64,000 nucleotides of DNA. Origin: Tubiluchus corallicola. Taxonomy: Eukaryota; Animalia; Priapulida. The notes under the pieces were generated by a model. That model was not told the DNA's origin and made no database searches. It saw nothing but the letters and a program-made list of their open reading frames with translations. This document shows, piece by piece, positions 28,001 through 51,954 of the stretch. Made by a program: the position numbers and the translations under genes. The DNA lies in assembly GCA_030141605.1 (NCBI GenBank), contig JAQGDQ010000176.1:62001-126000 (forward strand), read 5' to 3'. Position 1 is the stretch's first letter, and each line of letters begins with the position of its first letter.

Positions 28001-31000
28001 TTTAATAACAATATATTTTAATGGTGATTTTTGCATTTTGCTCTAAACTTCGCTATGCTTGTTTACAGTGTGTACTGTGAAAATATAAACAAAACATCAC
28101 AACATGAAAAATGTGAAAGAGGTGTCTCTGATTCAGATAAAAAAAGAAAGAACAGATTAAGCAATTTTTCCTTTGAATGTTCTTAGCCAGCAACAGTGTA
28201 TTGTGTGTAAGTAGCAATTTGATGTTATTACAGGCTGTACTTATATTTTTAGCCCTGATCTGGTAATGTACTCTGAATGTTTAACAGGTAAAGAAGGTTG
28301 TACGAGATGACCCCAGATATGAAGCAGTCGACAGTAGCTCATATAGGGAAGACTGGTTTCGTGAATATGTTAAAGGTCTACTGGATGTAAGGGCTATTTG
28401 TTACTATTAGATACAATGCTTATGTGCTGTGGACTAATAAGTGTTTGCATTTAGTTGGTTTCTGCTTTTGTGCACTTAGTTGTTTGGTTACAGATGCTTT
28501 GGTGCATAAACTTAGCTTTGTAATTTTCATTTGACGAAAAAGGTTTATAAGTTCATTGGTCTAATTAAGTAAAAATATAATCGTGACTCAGAAAATGTGA
28601 CTTGTATGCGTCAATACAACAAGTAGACAGTGGCAGAACTGAGTTGTCTCTGTCAACAAATATCTAATGCTTCGAGTTTGCTAGTATCTGCATATATAGA
28701 TGAATGGATGGATGGATATAGGATTTGAGGCTGCAGCACCATTTCCGACAATATGCATATGAATCAAAAGCTCACGCTCGATCTAGTGGAATCTCATTGA
28801 ATGTTTATTTTCTAATCTGACAATGTTCACTGGGAGGAACAGCGGGTTAAAAACCTAAAAAATGGCATTTTTGTCTGTTTTTCACAAAACTTATATTCCT
28901 TTTTAGTGGTGCGTGCAGTAAGATTTCTCGATAGTGCACGGTGGTATTTCAGTACTTTGCTGGATCCAACCTTCCAATTTTTCAAAATATTGACAGAAAG
29001 CCGTATAGAAAAAACATTCATGCAGCGCTTGGAAAAAAGTTTATAGCTCTTAAGGAAGAGGGGTAGTTGGTCTACAAGTCGACTTGGGTCTCTTTTACGA
29101 ACAGTTCCATAATAGCCCCCAAGGACGGGATGATTTTGAGTTCTCTTTTGTCATTCTTTCACTAGGAAATGTATAGGGCACAATCCATTGTTAGGGACGT
29201 CATCCATTATATTCCATCTGTAGACATTTCTTAAAAGACAGTTTGCAGTTAATGATAATACATTATTATATAAGTAGAAGTCTATTACCGTTACTAAAAA
29301 TGCAGGGTGCAGGAACAAAGACTAAGTACAAATGTTTGCACATTACTAATATTTATTGGGTGGATTTAATAACATTTGACCTTCTACACAGTTTTGCCTT
29401 TGTGCAAAATGTTGTGCAGTGTGGTGTGGTGTGAGTGGCATGGTTTGGTATAGTGTGCTGTTGGTGGTGTGGTCAGTGATGTAGTGTGGGTTGCCATTAT
29501 GGGTTTATGTGCAAAATACTTTTACGGTGTTTGGCTACTTGTAGTATTTTCTTTTTATTCATACATTCATGTTATTTACGTGTGCTTGAATTTGTAGGCC
29601 ATGTTACTAGTATGTAGGTACTAGTAGGTTACTAGGATGCATCATTGGGTGACAGACTTTTGAAGTAACTGTATAAAGCGATCTATTTCTGTTTCACTGT
29701 GATGCCGGTCACGTTCTCGTTGTTGTTCTTATAATAAGTTTTTGTTTGATTTATATTGTAATATCATGATAGATTTTGTCTGTATTGTAAATTCTTGCCT
29801 GAAAACAGATCCGTGGCAAAAACAAATGGCATTCTAAATGACATATTCTCTATATAATGCACAAAAGACCATAAAATTGATTCCATCACTGCAATAAATG
29901 GTGTTTTAAATGACATTTCCAGGCACTTTGGCAGAAAGAACCCAATTAGCAAGTAACCCATGATTCACATTCTGCACTTATTTTGTTAATAATTTCAAAT
30001 GCTACAATTTTAGTGTCATATTTCTATTATGTTTTATCAAGTAAGTCAGATACATAAGAAACAACCGTTGGTGCTAGCAATGTAAATTCTGTTGCCTATA
30101 TTAGTCAGATGAGGAACAGGAGGCTCGGGAACGAGAGAAGCAGGAACGAGTCGAGGCCAGCCTTCGAGAAAGAGAAAAAGAAGTACAGCGGACGTTGTCC
30201 GGACATCTCAGAGAACGTGATAAAGAGCGGGAGCTGCACAAGCATGAAGAATCATTAGAACATTTCAAAGCTTTACTAGTTGATATGGTAATGTATTATT
30301 TCATATTAGCAATTGTGAGTCGTAACATAATATTGGCCATTCTGAAAAATTGAGTTTTGTAATACATTTCTAATAGTATGCTCACAAGCAAATATTTCAT
30401 AATAGTCAATTTTTTTGTGGCATTGCAGTTAATATTAATCATTACTTACAGAAAAGACATCTTTCTATTATTACATGCAGTTGTTTAAAGCAAAACCTGA
30501 ATATATTTGTAGTTCTTAATTGTGGCATTTTAGTGTTGCAATTTATATGAATTCAAAAGTGAAAGTATTAATTCTATAAATTTGTTCTATGTAATTTGCC
30601 TAAGTTCTTTTGTTCGCAGTACTCTCTAGTGGAATATACTCACAATGGAATATACTTCTCGTTGGTATTTGTTATTTTTACAAAAACTTATGTTTTTTAA
30701 ATGCTTTCTGGTATTTTCAGGTGCGTAACCATGATGCGTCTTGGCGGGACACAAAGCGGGCTTTGAGGAAGGAGCATCGCTGGGAGTTATGTGCACTATT
30801 AGACAGTGAAGAAAAAGAGAAGGTATTCAAGGAGCATATAGAGTCATTAGAGAGAAAGAAAAAGGAGAAATTTCATGAACTTCTCAGTGAAACTTCTGAG
30901 GTAATTGCATTTTCAATGTTGGAATAAGCCAATGTTTTTCAAGGTCCGTGGTTCAAATCCTGACATTCTCGTGCTTTGCTTTGTTTTCCTTGTGGGTTTA

Positions 31001-32494
31001 TTGATTGGGAATTAATTGAGAATCTTATAGTTAAGATTATAAACTATTACATTAGTAGTTTCATTTGAAGCATTTCAGGCACTTCATAATTGTATGTAGC
31101 CATGTTTCAACACTGAATGGTGTACTTTTAATACTGTCTAGTGAATTTGTTGACTGTTTAATTCTCTTTGTTTTAAAATTTAACCAATTTCAGAAATTTG
31201 GGTGGTGGGTTGATCACTAAGTGAAAGCAGATTTTTCATTGAATTATTGACTTTGGAACAGAGTAGCTGTCATAATTTAGATGTCTCTGAACAGATTTTT
31301 GAACATTTATGCTTATATTTAGTTGTGCGTGACTTATGCATCACAAATAAGAATTCTGCTGTACTGTTAGATTATCAGCAGTTGTTTGTGCATTTTACTC
31401 TATTTGTGTATTTCATTGTCCTACAGATAGATCTCACTTCAACCTGGAAGGAAATAAAGAAACTCATCCGGGATGACCCACGTTGTCAGAAATTTTCTTC
31501 CAGTGATAGGGTCAGTATAACAAGCATTATAATGAAATTTCTTGTATGTGATTCATCTATGTTACATTTCGTACACCAGAGTAGCAGAGGATTTTGTATT
31601 GTTTCCTTTTTCAGAAGCGAGAGCGAGAGTTTAATGATTATATCAGAGATAAAGTTGTTGCTGCAAAAGCTGACTTTAGAGAATTGCTGAAAGAGACTAA
31701 AACCATCACGTACAAGTAAGAACAATTTGCTTGCGTCTGCTGTTTGATTTATTTATTAAACACCCTCCAAAAAAGTTAAAAATACTCTGATTTGCAAGGT
31801 TTCTACGAATACTTTATAAAATGGGTTTAAGGTGTAGTAGTTCACAATGTTGTTTATACTGTTTTCTAAATTAGTTTTTAGAAGGCTATAAAAAGCTTTT
31901 TTGATGTTGCAAATTTGTACTTGTAATAAGTATTTTAGTGTATAAGCAAATGTGAATTAATATGTTGTGATGTGCATTTGTCCAAATAAACTACATTGTT
32001 CCTTCGAAATGTTTGCAGGTCTAAAGGTCTAATTGAAGAATCTGAACAGCACTTGAAAGATATTGAAACTATTTTACAGGTAAGTTTTGATGAAAAAAAA
32101 TAATGCTTTTTTACTAGTGGTAGATTAACTGAGACAAAAATGTCTTGGAATTGGCGTACTTAGCACTTGTAATTTCTTCACTTGGGTTGCCGTGTGTTTT
32201 ATATTAAATATTCGTAAAATAGTGGCATATAAATAGTTAACTGTGAGCAAACTGAAGGAAAATTATGATGTGATCTTTTACCTCACCTGTGCTGTAGTTT
32301 TCTGTTACCAGGTGTGTCGGTTATTAATTTCTCTGCTAACTATTTTGTTACAGAATGATAAAAGATATTTAATTTTGGACTGCATTCCTGAAGAGAGACT
32401 TAAAATGTTGATGGCGTATATAGATGATCTAGATCGCAAGGGACCACCACCTCCACCTACAGCCTCTGAACCCACTCGCAGGAGTGTCAAATAA
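7096..32494 (+). CDS. TCERG1: Transcription elongation regulator 1 (CA150): Pro/Gly-rich N-terminus, 3 WW domains, FF-domain repeats; 24 coding exons, about 1113 aa
   Basis: join(7096-7334,8163-8303,9019-9124,10199-10366,16352-16529,16756-16911,17032-17193,17465-17571,17945-18095,18196-18368,19283-19517,19822-19882,20328-20514,21800-21889,21993-22111,23365-23515,26665-26733,28288-28386,30105-30287,30721-30900,31427-31510,31615-31715,32019-32079,32354-32494). All GT-AG with consistent phases (3342 nt). WW1 [11 protein letters not shown]|[16 protein letters not shown]; WW2 [26 protein letters not shown]; WW3 [23 protein letters not shown]; FF motifs [22 protein letters not shown]; diagnostic C-terminus [14 protein letters not shown]. 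Confidence 0.96.
11582..11744 (+). repeat. 5' LTR
   Basis: TGTAATAATATCTC...ATGTATCTTCA; 7 substitutions versus the 3' LTR. Confidence 0.95.
11745..11762 (+). promoter_or_regulatory. Degenerate primer-binding site, probably tRNA-Leu
   Basis: AGGTGGCATCATTGGGAT directly after the 5' LTR; 14/18 match to TGGTGGCAGCGGTGGGAT, the complement of a metazoan tRNA-Leu 3' end recalled from memory. Confidence 0.65.
12099..12748 (+). pseudogene. gag: Retrotransposon gag (frameshift near the N-terminus, truncated zinc-knuckle region)
   Basis: ATG at 12099 (MDDSMPRMD) is out of frame with ORF 12128-12748 ([15 protein letters not shown]...[13 protein letters not shown]...CRNCGGHH). Confidence 0.85.
12699..15627 (+). 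pseudogene. pol: Retrotransposon pol: aspartic protease, RT, RNase H, integrase (frameshift at about 13410, integrase core deleted at about 15110)
   Basis: Protease [12 protein letters not shown]; [36 protein letters not shown]; RNase [28 protein letters not shown]; integrase HHCC (LHYGHLG..CPTC) and VGTDLF..DYYSKYP, then an abrupt loss; C-terminal PRSYMV..RRNRHQL and [10 protein letters not shown]. Confidence 0.92.
15907..16069 (+). repeat. 3' LTR
   Basis: Direct repeat of 11582-11744, followed by the GTTCA target-site duplication. Confidence 0.95.
18704..19228 (+). repeat. Dispersed non-coding repeat, copy 2 (in TCERG1 intron 10)
   Basis: Colinear similarity to 4655-5367 with an internal deletion. 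Confidence 0.75.
25106..25560. mobile_element. Putative MITE with 16-bp terminal inverted repeats
   Basis: TAGTGTTGACCTCGAG at 25106 and CTCGAGGTCAATACTG ending at 25560 (14/16 complementary); no target-site duplication recognised. Confidence 0.5.
29410..29492 (+). repeat. Degenerate (GTGGT)n simple repeat
   Basis: GTGTGGTGTGGTGTGAGTGGCATGGTTTGGTATAGTGTG... Confidence 0.6.
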
Positions 32495-33104
32495 ATCAGC
32501 TGAATTCCACTCTGCACAGTATCTCAAATCGCACTAATTGTTTTATATTTAAAATTTGTGATGGTTGAGTTAGTGTTGCTTGAATCAGTTTCAAGTTATC
32601 TCTCGATTTAGAGACTTAATTTTGTTCTATTTTGCCAATTCAACGTAAAACGGTTTTGACATCTTATTCTTGTTTCAAGAAAACACAGACTTAAAAAGCA
32701 TTTGTGCTATTGCTAATTATCATGATAAACGTTGTTGAAGTTCGTGTGCCTGAACATGATAGTAGTCTGGTTAAACTTGCGCCTGGTGGTTTAAGGAGAT
32801 TGCTTATATGAAATTTAAATCTAGGCAACAACCAATTAAGACTCTAAGCAATCAGGGATGCTCTCAATGTATTTCATAGGAGCTTGTTTGTCATTTTGTA
32901 ACAGGCATGTACTGACAAAGTATGATGAGTTTACGGATTGCAAGATCTTTGCACTGAAGTAAGCATTGTGCGTTAAATTGTCATTGCAGTTTTAATTAGA
33001 ATTACATGTACTTGCAGCAATCAGATTTTACTTGATGTTTTAACTGTATTTTCTTTTTATTTGTACGTTCATTTGAGCAACTTTCCAGTTTGTGCTTATG
33101 TAAA

Positions 33105-33110
33105 AATAAA
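33105..33110 (+). terminator. Candidate TCERG1 polyadenylation signal
   Basis: AATAAA about 600 nt after the stop codon, followed by T/GT-rich sequence. Confidence 0.4.
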
Positions 33111-33368
33111 GGTTCATGTAGCTAAGAAATTCCTGCTTGTTTTGGAATTTTGGAAATGTGTAGTGTTTAAATACAATTACCCTTACAGAAATTATAATTA
33201 ATGAGTAATATGCAGTTTTCAAGTAAAATAGCTTCAAATTGTTTTCCAGAATTATTTATATAGTAAACTATAAAGGTTTTAACAAACTGCATCCTTAATT
33301 TTCATTAGTGATGGTGCCTGTTATGGCAGCTAAAAGGAATCAACGCACCATACATTACTGTAACTTAG

Positions 33369-33374
33369 TTTATT
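33369..33374 (-). terminator. Candidate FGFR polyadenylation signal
   Basis: TTTATT on + (AATAAA on -), near where the + strand changes from T-rich to A-rich. Confidence 0.4.
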
Positions 33375-35704
33375 TTAACGATAATACAACTTAACTTGTT
33401 GTACAACTAGAGACTTATAGTACATGTACAAGTATGTCCAGCCCTTAGACAATTGACAAATTCAGTAATGCAATGATACTGAAAACTAAATAAACAGGTT
33501 TCAATAAATAAGTAAACTTAAAACAAGATTGATTAAGAACGCTCATAATAATGAGCTTGTGCAATTAGCTGTCGTCAATTACAAGAACAAAAAGAAGTAA
33601 GATAATTTCGAAAGACATTTGCGAAAAATTCCTAGGCATTATTTCATTAGTAAATCAATCAATCTGAATTTACAAAAACAATGCCTATTGCGTGTTTTTG
33701 CAATAACATCTCAATCTTTTGAGTCGCAAAGCATAAAAGCAGGCTAGCAAAAGTATGCAATATGACTGTCGAACGTTTACACAAACACAGAAATTAATAG
33801 CAACTTAGTATGCACTATATTGTGCCATAAAAGACAATTGTTAGAAATTGTATTACATACAAAATAAGTTTCTGCCATATTCAAATTGAGTATGTAATTC
33901 TTTTCATTACAGCTGACATAATCTACAATTAAAATGTAACTTGAACGTCACAGAACTGGCAACAAAATATTTAACAAAAAGTGTTGCAAAGTGTTGTCCA
34001 TACTTTAATTCAGAAGCTAACCTAACATTCTGCTTTTTTCGGTTATACTTTTGGCATAAACACAATTGCCACCTGGCAGCTGTAATTACAAAAATACTCT
34101 GACTTTCTAAGTTACAAAAGGTACAATGGTAAAATAAGTAAAAACAAATTTTTACATATTTACTTGATGCAACACAAAGTATAAAATCTGTTTCATATCT
34201 ACAGTACGATAGGCTTTATAACACTGCAATTACCAAACTACTGCATCCGGCTATGTGAAATCAGATGTTTAGATGTAATTTTAGTAGGGTGAACAGACGT
34301 AAACTGTTATGTAACTGCTTAATGGGCACACTACCCAGCTGAATGCATCAAATGATTCTCTATGCTGCTAAAATGACAGTGCTGCCAAAACTACAGCCAG
34401 ACTTTATGCTCATAATACAGTGACCCAAATGAAAAAAGTGGTAACTATGGCATATTAGGGTATGGCGCAGAGGCCCAATCAAAAACAATTTACGCCTATG
34501 TTTAACTTTTAATTTGCTGATCTAACAATGCAATTTTTTGAATAATTGCATGAATAATCTGCTCTAATTATTGTCAAAATTAAAAACAAAGAATCATCGA
34601 ACACTGTTAATTAATATTCACAGTTTAAAAAATTAAACATTAAAACCAATTAAACATTTACAGGGAAATAAAATTCGTCTTAAATTAAACATAAAACAAT
34701 GACAGAAAACACAATTATAGCTGTCACACGTTAATGGTATGACTAACGCAGAGACTTCAGTACCCCTCTGCAAGTATAACTGCGGGCAAGCCAAGACTGT
34801 TGGCTTTCTCAATCTTTGGTCCAAAAAATCTTCACCGCAGTCAAATGCCATAAATCAGAGACGCAAACAATTATAAATTAACATAAAATTAAGATTATAT
34901 TAGCCAATCTTGGCCATATGTCGATACACAACCAATGAGAATTTACATTATATACACGAGGTAAAACTACGAACTAACACATTTTTACAAAAATACTTGA
35001 ATGGGTTTGACTAAAACTATAAAACTCTACTTCACTGAGATCTATTCTGTACAGAGGAATTTTTAGAATAATATAATTTACAGCACTCTCCATTTTTTTT
35101 GCTTTACCAGTTGAGGTGGTTGCTAGAGAAGCAACTCCTCTCTAGCAAATAATGATAAGACAATGACAAAACATTCATAGCTCGTGTTCCTCATGTTAGA
35201 AAGCCTATGATATGCAAATGTGGAAGCCATAAAATGTGGAGGGATACATTTTACACAGACCAAACCTGCTGGCATCTTGCAATAATCAAGTGGTCACAAA
35301 ATAGTATGATACATAATAGTACCATATTACTAATAAAATAGAGCAGTTTTAGTATCAGAATTTTGCCTCTCAAACATATCTGTAACTTGCAGGCCACACA
35401 AAACCAATATTCAAAAAGTGGAGGCACATTTACATAAACTGTACATAATTAATATCCCGAGAAAAATAACAATTTCATTAACATCAGGACACTAAATTTG
35501 GACACTTTCCACAATCTTGGGAAATGTAATGCAAGATTTAACTTCGAATTACTGAATATTTCTACAGTATTAAAATAAGGCATCAAAATTCATGATAGAA
35601 AAACAATATTTTAACAAACTTGTGTATGCAATGATGAGATACAATGATGACAATAAACAAACGTTTGGCATATATATCACTGAGAAAATCCTAAACAGGT
35701 TTGA

Positions 35705-45392
<9,688 letters not shown>

Positions 45393-45849
45393 CTGAAAAA
45401 AACACAAACGTTAATAGATCATAAATGTAAAACAATTAATATAATTTTATACACACGGTATATACAACACATAAGATATAAGTTTAATGCATATGCAGAC
45501 AAAGAAATATATGGCTCTGAGATATAGTTACAGGTAAGATTTAAAATCTTACAATATCTTGCTTCACACTGACATTAAAGTATGGTGGCTGCGAACCGTC
45601 AACAAAAGATGACAATTTTAAATATGTACACGACGTGCCACATGACATTTAGTGAGCGAAAGTTGTTGCATTAGAAAATGTCAATTTCGCACCCAATACC
45701 CGTAGCTTTTTGACTCATCGAACAAACCAATAACTTATTGTATTTATCCCACAAGCAACTCGGTCAATGTCAAAAAGAAATCAATTATTAGAAAATCTCT
45801 GAAATGGGATTTTGCCCTGTCATGTATAAGAGTCTTATCTGACTAAGCA

Positions 45850-46060
45850 TCCCTTATCCTGCCTTGAGTGTATGGGAAAGGATACTAAACCTAACTGGCA
45901 TGCTAAACCCTCTGACTTGGGTGTTGGTGTACTACCTCCTGCCTTGCGTGTAGGTATGCTAAATCCCGTCTTGAATGTGGACGTCGACGTACTACATCTC
46001 TTGCCTTGCCCTTCAGTATAGGTATGCTAAACCCCCTGCCTTAAATGTGGATATCCTAAA
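45850..46060 (+). repeat. Degenerate minisatellite
   Basis: Recurrent GGTATGCTAAACCC..GCCTTG..TGT(G/A)G units. Confidence 0.6.
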
Positions 46061-49000
46061 AGTCGTGAACCCAGAAGCTCTAAATTATGGTTTACGTACA
46101 CATACTAGTAAACAGGCCTGGTGGAAAAGACATCACCAAGTACAACTGTAGCTGCTCGCATTTACCAAGGTGTTTCGAGTTACCATCGACATGACGACGA
46201 TCCACACGAATTCTTGTAAACTCGGATTCCAAAGCAAATGAAAACCAGAAGTAAGAAGAACTGTGCAGAACTTAACCAGAAGATCCTTGACCACGCGGCC
46301 CAGATCCGCTACCTCGTGCTCATTTTAGAACACTCAGCCGTGTTTGTAAGGAGAGTATAGACTCTTCTACGTATTCTGGCGTCTGCGATAGAAACGCATC
46401 CAAGATGATGAGAATAATTAACGCAAACAGTAAATCAGTAACAAGATCTGCAGCAAGATTATCCACTTTAATAAGAAAACGGGCATGACTGGAAAAAATT
46501 ATATAATGAATGATAAAACATATAATATGCATTCTCATAGGCTCAGTTCTAATGCACTAATGCTGCTGTAACTATAGGCCCAATCATATACAGATTTATC
46601 TGCAGCTACCAATGATTGCTTTCTTATTTATACAACAATGCCGTTGAACCTAAGCAGGACAAGGCTGTTCGCAAATGGTAGTTTGGCATTTCTCCCACCC
46701 GGAACCATCAATGCAACAAGCAAACGGTTAAGACTTCATTAACGAAAGCTCAAGTTCTCTCTTCAAAATTACTTAGCTCCGACAATGGTCAATTTGCGAA
46801 GCTAAGTAAAGTCTGTTGGCACCGCTTAATTACTGGACGAAGGTCAAGATGGTGAACCAGAACTGTAATTACTCTCTCGCCCGTCTAAACGTTTGGTGAC
46901 TGTGAGAGTCTTAAGTAAAAATAACTCAAATAAATAGATAAAGAAAGCATTCCTAATAGAAATAATGCTCAAATGACATAAAGCAATGGTCAGTGATAAT
47001 TGAGGCATATTTACGATACAGTAAAGCCAAGCTCGTACGACTAAATATTTTTCTGAAGCCAAGGTAAACGTCTATATAGCTGTTCATCACTCGCGAATGC
47101 GTATTTGTTTTAGCCAATTAAAATACGATTTGTTTAGGATAAATTATAATTGAGACGCAGCTTTTTGAAACTTGTGAATATTTCCTTACTAGTTGTTCGA
47201 CGTATGTGTAGTAACCTGTCAATAACAAATATTTCTAGGATTAAATTCACATTTAGCTCAGTACTCTATTAATTTCGGTACTTTGTACAACTTAAACATC
47301 GACTAAGTGAGCTTACACTTCTCAGTGGACATCAAAATTTGGATTGTAATCAAATTTTAAAATTTGTGATCACGTACGAGCTTATACATTTAGTTATGTT
47401 TCTAGTTTTAAATAGTCATATTAACGCTGAGTTAAAACTAATTTATTACACATTTATAATATTATTATGATAACTTTCATTGCTGTAATACCAGATAGTA
47501 GAAGTTGTATATCGTAGAACGTATTCTAATTGCAATCGTAGTGTGTGATTCGCAAATTAAAAAGCTAAAACGGAAAGTTTAAGTCACTAAGCGTAAGGAA
47601 GTGCTGACCAGGCACTAGGTTGAACACAGTCATAACCCAACAGTGATTAACTAGAGCAAATGTGCATAGAGGCAATTAGTACTAATAAGTCTAGCAACGG
47701 CGACACATTTAAACCCGACTAGGCAAAGTCACAGCAGACAAAAAAACAGCCGACTGAAGTTATTTTTATCACAATGTATTGAATAGCGACAGCCTTGCAT
47801 TCGCATTTCAGTAATTGCTTCGTTCTGAGTTCTGTCTAACAATTTCGCAAATGAAGTCTTTTGCAAATGCAAGCCAACAAATAAATGAAAGGAGGCAAAA
47901 AGGTCAGACAGGGAAAAAAGAAACACCATGTGGATCATTGGCTATCCAGTGACTTACAACAAAAGGGAGCTACTATTAAATTTGTACATAAGCTAAAAAA
48001 GGGACACACTTTGGTACCGCAGTAGCTCTATGCCATTCATTCATGTCACCCTTCCAATTTAGGAAAGCTCCGTATTCTCTGTGGAAATTTTTTGCTCGTA
48101 CGGTAGCTGAGAGTAGTATAATTCCATATTTATACAAAATTGTGTGGGTACTTTTTGTAAGAGCAATGAAGTTCTCTGGAGTAGTTAGCTGAACAAATAT
48201 GGGTCCGTTCTCCAGGAACTTCACCTACTCCTCACAACTTCACTATTCTCACAAAAAAATTGAAGAATTTTTTACTTTAGTTAATTAGAGAACTTTTGAG
48301 AAGTACTTAATTGCAAGTGATAAGCCAGTCTCAATCAAAGATCCCTCACATTATAATTTTTTAATCTTCCACTTACCAGCCTTGCGTTTTCCCAGACAAC
48401 AACGACAAATAGTTTAATCATTACAGCGTTGAAACTGTAATCATCTCACATAGGTGCATATCACCTAAGAGCTTAATTCCAAAATTCTATAAAAAAAATC
48501 TTCAGCACTTCGCCTGGCTAAACTAATCACAGAGGAATTTATAAAAATGCAGTTTATTTCAAAAACTCTAAGATCAGCGAAAACAGACAAATAGGTCGTC
48601 TATACTCTCGGCACGAACAGAACACATTACATTTTATGCTCACCAGTTCTCCACACAACAGGTTTAATTGTAATTTATTGCGGCTTTTCCTCACAAAGTC
48701 TTCCTAAATCGCCAAAATACCCAGAGAAGCATTTAAACGACTATAAAGAAGTGAAAGTGACACGTGGATAATAAAAATCTTTCTTCTAAGCAACTCACAG
48801 AATGAATCGATCGAAGTAACTAGACCGTTTAGCCTTAACAAAACTTTTCGTGCAGGCTTAATGACAAAAATGGAATTTCAAGAAAGACGTCGGAAAACTG
48901 TGGGGACATTTTCTATCCTGACTGCAGGAAATAACAGTAATATTATAGAAAATTTCTTCGCCGGGTTGTACTTTCCACACTGAAGACGTGGCCAAGTTAC

Positions 49001-51954
49001 TATAAAAATCAAATTTGGAAACGGGTACATAACCAGCGACTCAGTGACTCCTGCAGCTAGTTGAAAAGTCATGATTCTGGCAAAAGCTACCAACTTCTGA
49101 CCCGCGCGATTTGTCACTCGTGCTAACTCAGAACGTGCCTTCATCAGTCATGATTTTCTTGCATTGGAAATTAATTAAAAAATCTACTAACACACTAGTG
49201 ATGATAAAATAATGATACACAACAGCCAATTAACAACGATGAAAGAAGGATAAAAAACGAGTACTTCTGTACGACGATTTGCGAAGTGTTTCTGACTGAT
49301 GTCTAGGCGCCGAAAACGGTTAAAACTTTCTCACACAAACGCCATTAAAAATGTTATTTTCGACAATTTAGCAACTCCTGTGGTCACAGAATTTTAAACC
49401 AATTTCACGAATGGCTCACCATGGTCAGTGAGGCAGGTGAACAGGACGCACATACTAAATAAGATAATAGGCTTAAGTGCTTTATATACGAGATGTGTAT
49501 ATACTAGCCTCACATCCTAATTACACCAAATACGCATTACTGCCTTTTACTGAGATGATTATCTTTCCAATCTGCTAATCAATGTGCTAAAATAGTCACA
49601 GAAATGACGGAAAGAGAAACAATTGCATTTAAGACTATATGAAAAGCAGGTCATTTATTACATATATATAGCGACCCTCCTTATGCAGTCTATAGGTAAA
49701 TTTGTAATATTTCTCGTGCATTGGTGGTTAATGTAGTATATAGGTAAATATGTAATATTTCTCGTGCATAGATGGTTCATTTAACGCCGAAATGTTTTTT
49801 GCGTTCTTGTAAATCTTTTTCACTAAAATTAACACAACGTTTGATTGGAAATTTATGTAAACCAAAAACGCTTTTAAATGTAATTAAATTTTTACGATGG
49901 TCTTTCAGTGAGCATGTATAACAGCTTCATGATGTACGAATATCTTACTTACACAAGCATATGCACATAATGTAACATTGTGGGAACAAACCCAACCGCC
50001 AGGGTTAATCCTGGGGTAAAAAATGACTTGTCACAAACCATATCCTTATTTAACTTCCAACAGGAAATTTCTAGAAACCAACCTAGAATTAGTGGGCAGT
50101 GATGATGCTGATTATCTCTAAGCTAATATAATGGTTACTGTTCTTCACAGGTTGGCATTTTATGCAAAATAATTACTGCTCGTAAATGTGAATATGAAGC
50201 GGATAACACAGTAAATTTTTAGGCCACTGTTTTTTATGGCTGTCAGAAAACAAAGTTAACCAAGGCAATAAAGTCTTGACGGCTTCAATTGTACAATGCA
50301 AAGTAATTTATTAAAGAGTAATTCAAAACGAAACTAACTGGGCCCATAGAAACAAACGAGTTAACAAATTAGCGAGTCTCGCAAAATTGAATAAATCTCA
50401 ATTTGAGTAACATGGTGTTTAAAATGAACTGCCAGGTTCCCAAGTCCTACAAATTATAAAGTACGTGTATGCTAAATTTGTAATTATGTGTTCGATGATC
50501 TTTCGATTTCAATTTTATGATATAGGTAGTAAATAATGATACACATAAACCTACATAGGTAAATGAGTTATACAAACTTTATTTAATTTACTTGAATTTA
50601 CTGAATAGTTGATAAAGCTTATACATCTTAACAGTATAGGCTATAAAGCAAATTTGACATTACAGAACGTCATATTAAGTTGTTCCAAAAGTGAACTCTA
50701 ATTTTAGTTTATCATTTTACATTATATTTAATTTGAAATTTGAAAACTGAATCGGTTATCACAAAAGTAGCCGGAAAAACCCTGGAATGCAAACACTGGA
50801 AGCCATTCGAATAATTCCACGTGTGCCCTAAATACTCTTTCCGCCGCTCTGTGCTAATATTGCAAGTAATTAAAATATCAAGACCAAATGCTGCTTACAT
50901 TTTTCTTAATAATGTAGAGCGATCGAAACGTTTATCAAAGGACAAAAACTATTTCCCGTAACTTATTATCCGTACTAATTATATCGCTGATACGTTACGT
51001 TCTTCGAAGACGGTTGCTCGTTGAAAATTTTAGCGAAAGTATTCCCACCGCAAATGAGTATGGTTTACCAAAAATTCAAATAATTGTGCTTATGGAGTGG
51101 CGTACTGCAGGTAGATAATTTTGTGTGCTTAAAATAAGCCATATGTACAGATGAAGTTGTCCTAGTTTTTTTTTCAAAATTTTAAAAGTATTCAATAAAA
51201 TGTATGAAAATATTAAATGGCCGGCACATAAATGGACGGCAAACAAGAAATTTCCTTCATAAAATTTGCATCAAGGGCAGCTAAAAAAATTTTATGCTAG
51301 GACTAGGTATATAAAACTCTGATAAAGTCGTAACTTACACATGATATGTATGATCTATCTTCTCATTTTCTGAGAAAACAGATAACGTGTTTCATTATTT
51401 AACCTAGTTTCGACGCAAATAAAGTGATATACGTACAGAATAACAGGGCACGCTTGTCTTACAAAACCTTTGTCCATAAACTAGAGTTTAGTCAGAATGT
51501 AAAGAACATATCAAGTGACAACGATCTTGGCAAAAGAATACCTTCGTATTCTAACCTGCTTTCACCATACTGTGACTAATATAACACAAAAACAGCTAAA
51601 GAAATTGGCTGTGGGTAAAAATTTGGCAAAAAAAAGTTGGGTGGAGGAACTAGCCCTTGGTTAGTAAGTGCAAAACTGCTATAAAAATATCCCGTATTTA
51701 TTTGTAAAAGTACATCCAGGCAGTGATTCGAAGTAACTCACGTTATCACTTCTCTGCGAGCAAGATAATTAACCTTTGCCGAGTACAATAAACTGCTTAC
51801 AAAGACGAGCTTATCAAGACGAATTACACAGTCAGTACAAGTAAACATTAAGCCTTCACCGTCTTAGTAGCATCTATAATAGACACGGTGCACCTGTATA
51901 AGTGCAAGACTAAATTATATACCAGTGCACATCACCAGAAGATTAGAGATATTT

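Noticed and set aside
46179-46538. Hydrophobic minus-strand ORFs as the FGFR signal-peptide exon (46320-46538, and MSTR*RIWAAWSRIFWLSSAQFFLLLVFICFG)
   Set aside because: In-frame stops and no suitable phase-1 donor; the + strand looks more like a decayed repeat next to a minisatellite.
48377-48421. MIKLFVVVVWENARL followed by GTAAGT as the first FGFR exon
   Set aside because: It ends in phase 0, while the next exon (45392) needs phase 1; the hydrophobic core is too short.
49691-49778. Two-copy direct repeat of about 48 bp (TATAGGTAAAT.TGTAATATTTCTCGTGCAT)
   Set aside because: Ordinary local slippage duplication with no further structure.
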